Below are positions 60,390-64,000 of a stretch of 64,000 nt of DNA, one piece after another (positions within the stretch are counted from its first letter, which is position 1; every line of letters starts with the position of its first letter). The stretch lies in assembly GCA_963796685.1 (NCBI GenBank), contig CAWCMR010000006.1, positions 160,001-224,000 of the forward strand, in the 5' to 3' direction. Under the pieces are notes generated by a model that made no database searches, was not told where the DNA came from, and saw only the letters and a list, made by a program, of their open reading frames with translations. The translations under genes were made by a program, and so were the position numbers. Origin of the DNA: an uncultured delta proteobacterium (GTDB taxonomy: Bacteria > Myxococcota_A > Polyangia > Fen-1088).

Positions 60390-62713
60390 GTGCGAAGGTG
60401 CGATTCGGAGTGCGATTCGGAGCAACTGTCGGATTGTGCTTGGCCGCCTGCTGGCCTCGCCCAGCCGCAGCCCAAGAACCGCTCGACGGAGGGCAAGAAG
60501 CTGCCCCGCAACCGCTGGCGGCAAGCCCGGACGGCGGCACTCCCGACTTACCGCCAGCTCCGACTGTCGCGCAAGAGCCGGTGAGCCCCGTGGCCACGAA
60601 GGAAGCCGCCTCGCCGCCAGCGCCGACGGCTGTTGCGCCGGAGCTGGCTGTTTCGCCGGAGCCGGCCCCCGACGTCACGGTGCTTGGCCAGAGGGAACGG
60701 ACGACCGGAACGAGTGAGTCCGTCCTATCGCGACAGACGATTGCATCCCTGCCCGGAGGTGACACGCAACCGCTTGCCTACGCGCTGGCGACTCAGCCCG
60801 GGTTCGTCGCCGACACGTTCGGTTTCGGGCTCCACGTGCGCGGCGCCGATGGCGGCTTGCTCTACGTGGTCGATGGCATTCCTCTTTTGGCCGCCCCGCT
60901 CGGGGAATTTGGCGCCACGATGGGCTTTATCCCGACCAGGTTGGTGCAGAACGTTCGCGTTCTGACGGGCGGTTTTCCGGCAGAATTTGGTTCTGGGCTT
61001 GGTGCCGTGATCGACATAACCACGTGCCACGCTCTCGGTGGCCCATCTGGGGAAGCGGAAGCCGCGTACGGATCCTATGGCACGACCCATTACGCCTTCA
61101 ACTATTCCCAGGAGATCGGAAAGCTCAGCCTCTTCATGGCGGGCGATTTCCAGAACACCAACCGCGGGTTCGACCCACCATCGGTGACCCCCATCCTTCA
61201 CGACGGCATGACCTCGGGCAGCGGCTTTCTGCGCCTGGACTACCAACTTCGCGAGAGCGACCACATCGAGCTCGTCACGACCTTCAATCAGAGTCGGTTT
61301 CAGATCCCGATCGACCCGACCTTGCTGCCTCTTTCCCAAGCCCCGGCAGGAGCGGTCCGGGGGGCCGACGCCTACGGTAACGATCCTCCTCCCTTCGTGC
61401 CTTACGATGCAGACCCGGTCGAGACCGAACGCAATGTCTTCGCGGCGGTTTCCTACAAGCATGTCGGCGCAGCGGGCACCTTGCAGGTTGCCCCCTTCTT
61501 CCGCGAAGCGTACGGAAAGCTCACCTGCGATCCTGCCGGATCGCTCGGTCCGACCGCGGATCCTGGCTCTGCCTGCGGCGATGTTCGCAGGGATGTCCTT
61601 CACGGAGGCGGGCTGGCCTCGCTCACGTGGGCACAAGGCCTGCGGCACATCTGGAAGACAGGCCTGCTGGTCGATGCGGCCCGCAGCAATGTGGATTACA
61701 CGGCCTACTTCCGCGACGATGTCGCCCCTTCCGGCGGTGCAGATCCGGCGCAGACCCTGTCAGGCAGTGATAGTACCAACGTGCTTGGCGCGGGGGCTTT
61801 TCTGCAAGACCAAATCCTGCTTGGGAAGGTGACAATCCTTGCCGGTGCCAGGCTCGACATCGAGAGTGCGTCCTTCCTTCACAGCGACGAGCCGTCGTTG
61901 TTTCTCCTCGGGCCAAGCGCCCGGCTGGGACTTAGCTACGCCGTCACGACCAACCTCACGCTGCACGGATTCGCCGGATACTTGTGGCAACCGCCGAGCA
62001 CGATCGACGCGCCCGTTGCAGGTCGCATCCTCGTTCCTTCGCTGGCCGGGCAGACTCTTCCCGTCGATATCAAGGCAGAAAAGGATTGGTCTGCGGAGCT
62101 GGGCATCACCGAGCGTCTGCTGCGCGGGTTGACCTTGGACCTCACTGGTTGGGGCCGCATCGCCAGCGATCAGCTCGACCGCGTGAACGTGGGCACCACC
62201 AACCTCGTCGCCAGCTACAATTTCGAACGCGGGCGTGCCGCCGGGGTCGAGGCCTCCTGCAAGCTGAACGGCGGCAACAACGCCGACGGTTTCGCGAACT
62301 TGGGATGGCAGCTCGCGCAGGGCTCGGGCATCAGCTCCGAAAAATTTCTGTTCAGTCCGGCCGAGGTAGCTGACAAGAGCTGGGTGATGCTCGATCACGT
62401 GCAGACATGGACAGCCAACGTCGGGGTCGATCTTCACGACGCCCCCGCGAGCACGCACGTGTCAGCCCTGCTGAACTACGGCAGCGGACTGCGTACCGGC
62501 CCCGACAGCAACGAGACGGTGCCGTCGCATGTGGTCGTCGACCTCACGCTTCGCCACCGCTTCGATATCTCGCACCTGCACCCCGAGATAGCCATCGACG
62601 TCTTCAACTTGTTCAACCAAGTCTATGCCTATCGCATCGGTACCGGCTACGTCGGCAGCGCCTACGGTCCGCTACGGCGAGTCTTCGTGCGTCTCGCGGT
62701 TCCGTTTTCCTGA
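60386..62713 (+). CDS. TonB-dependent receptor
   Basis: Signal peptide, Pro-rich linker, DVTV.G TonB-box-like segment, plug (PG, HVRG, YVVDGIP, V.VLTGGFPAEFG..LGAVIDITT), beta-barrel, DVFNLFN..Y C-terminus. Confidence 0.92.
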   Translation: MSAKVRFGVRFGATVGLCLAACWPRPAAAQEPLDGGQEAAPQPLAASPDGGTPDLPPAPTVAQEPVSPVATKEAASPPAPTAVAPELAVSPEPAPDVTVLGQRERTTGTSESVLSRQTIASLPGGDTQPLAYALATQPGFVADTFGFGLHVRGADGGLLYVVDGIPLLAAPLGEFGATMGFIPTRLVQNVRVLTGGFPAEFGSGLGAVIDITTCHALGGPSGEAEAAYGSYGTTHYAFNYSQEIGKLSLFMAGDFQNTNRGFDPPSVTPILHDGMTSGSGFLRLDYQLRESDHIELVTTFNQSRFQIPIDPTLLPLSQAPAGAVRGADAYGNDPPPFVPYDADPVETERNVFAAVSYKHVGAAGTLQVAPFFREAYGKLTCDPAGSLGPTADPGSACGDVRRDVLHGGGLASLTWAQGLRHIWKTGLLVDAARSNVDYTAYFRDDVAPSGGADPAQTLSGSDSTNVLGAGAFLQDQILLGKVTILAGARLDIESASFLHSDEPSLFLLGPSARLGLSYAVTTNLTLHGFAGYLWQPPSTIDAPVAGRILVPSLAGQTLPVDIKAEKDWSAELGITERLLRGLTLDLTGWGRIASDQLDRVNVGTTNLVASYNFERGRAAGVEASCKLNGGNNADGFANLGWQLAQGSGISSEKFLFSPAEVADKSWVMLDHVQTWTANVGVDLHDAPASTHVSALLNYGSGLRTGPDSNETVPSHVVVDLTLRHRFDISHLHPEIAIDVFNLFNQVYAYRIGTGYVGSAYGPLRRVFVRLAVPFS

Positions 62714-63496
62714 GCAGGCTCGTGGCGTCCTGGCGATCCCAGGCTGCCGTCTCGCGAGCAATCATGGCCTCAATTTCGTGCTCTGGGGTCATCTTCGCTT
62801 TCTCCTCAACGCCTTGCAACAGTGGTGCGCAAACGCCGAGAGTCTGCAAGGCTGTTCGATGGCGGCGGCACAAACCTCGCATATAGGTGTATCACTCAAA
62901 GTCGCACGCGTAGGACAGGGTCTGACCTGCCATGGAGGGGCAGACCTCGTGGTGTACCTGTGCCAAGAAGGTCTGCACAGTCTGCTGGCTAGAAGACGCT
63001 CCATCCGCAGGCGAAGGGGATGCGATCGCCAGCCAAGCATGGCCATCGATAGTCGGCCACCGAGTCCAGCCATGCCTGCTTCATGGAGTCGGAATCGCCG
63101 AAAACCGCGTTGTCGATGACTCGGCCCTCGCCGTCAAGGAGCAATCGGTGGGTTCGCCGGATTTCTGGCGGCGACGGTGGGCCGACGGTGGACAAGAAAA
63201 AGGTCGCCCTGGACCGGCGATCTAGATCATCGTAACGCTTATCGAAAACTTGGTGGAGCTGAACAGGATCGAACTGTCGGCCTCCTGAATGCCATAGAGC
63301 CGAATAGCCTAAATCACCCGAGAAAACCTAGACGTGGCGGGGACTTACAGTCACACAGAGTCACGGAGCGCCATGCTCCGCCACGCTAGAAGTGGGGATT
63401 TAGGTGGGGATCTTAGGGGGCGCCTACACCTCTTGATAGGGGGAACCGTTGAAGCGGGCCGCGCTAGAGATCGTCAAACTAGCCAAAGGGATCGAC

Positions 63497-63802
63497 ATGC
63501 AAACCCACGTGAAGGTGATCGGACTCCTCGCATTCCTCGCTGCCGCGCCCGCCGTGGCCGACTGCCGAATCTACAACGAAACACGCTATAGCTTCGAGGT
63601 CGATTCCGGAGACGCCTACAGGCAGGCTCTCGGGCCACATCAGGAATCCCAATTCGCCCGTGGGCACATGACCGCATCGGGCGAAGACGACGCAGGGCAT
63701 ACGGCAACTTTTGGGGGCTTCTGCGGCGACGGGGATCGGTACGTGGTGAGGGTGGTTCGCGGCTCGCGTGGCGAATGGATTCCGGTCTTGCTGCGGAGGT
63801 AG
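63497..63802 (+). CDS. Small secreted hypothetical protein
   Basis: AAAGGGA RBS, signal peptide ending AVA-D, two Cys. Confidence 0.6.
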   Translation: MQTHVKVIGLLAFLAAAPAVADCRIYNETRYSFEVDSGDAYRQALGPHQESQFARGHMTASGEDDAGHTATFGGFCGDGDRYVVRVVRGSRGEWIPVLLRR

Positions 63803-64000
63803 TGACATGCACAAGACACCACGCACGAGGGAACCGAAACAGCCAACGTCGCTAGTTGACTATTCCCAATCCCCTCAAGCCCAGAAGCGACGAGGTGCCA
63901 GTCAGGGTTCCCCTAAGCCTGTAGGAGGTCCCCTTTCGTAGTCCCATGACGAACGCCCTAGCTCGCTCGGGATATGAGAATCTGGATGTCCTGGATCAAC

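Noticed and set aside
62789-63450. Several short ORFs after the TonB-dependent receptor
   Set aside because: No recognisable motifs, RBS or consistent codon bias; probably intergenic or decayed sequence.

Overview
GC-rich bacterial DNA, most likely from a Myxococcota genome (inferred from a CglF/GltF homolog, myxobacterial-type GspC, many sigma54 promoters and a Myxococcus-like LexA box). 1-24 kb: envelope/stress block (partial nhaR, PRC-barrel, frameshifted UPF0182, OmpA/MotB, six-BON protein, hemerythrin, Prc, FtsH, cardiolipin synthase, YihY, complete moxR-bat operon). 24-38 kb: signalling island with an OmpR-type two-component pair, a histidine kinase/NtrC-family pair and five paralogous stand-alone receiver proteins. 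These are interspersed with orphan ExbD, GspC, CglF, lipoproteins and a GT-C enzyme, and most are preceded by a sigma54 -24/-12 promoter, often with a recurring GTGGCA-N3-TGCCAC palindrome. 39-46 kb: an Ig-like/metallophosphoesterase followed by a translationally coupled TPR-membrane protein, a 70-aa GYNPNSSS peptide, a radical SAM/SPASM enzyme and a HupE/UreJ protein; this is the best candidate for an undescribed system. 46-64 kb: accessory region with toxin-antitoxin genes and remnants, a STAND NTPase, an HNH protein, a DUF222-HNH gene split by an apparently intact group II intron, a decayed second DUF222 copy and a TonB-dependent receptor. No rRNA, tRNA or CRISPR array was seen. All calls come from reading motifs by eye; no database searches were run.
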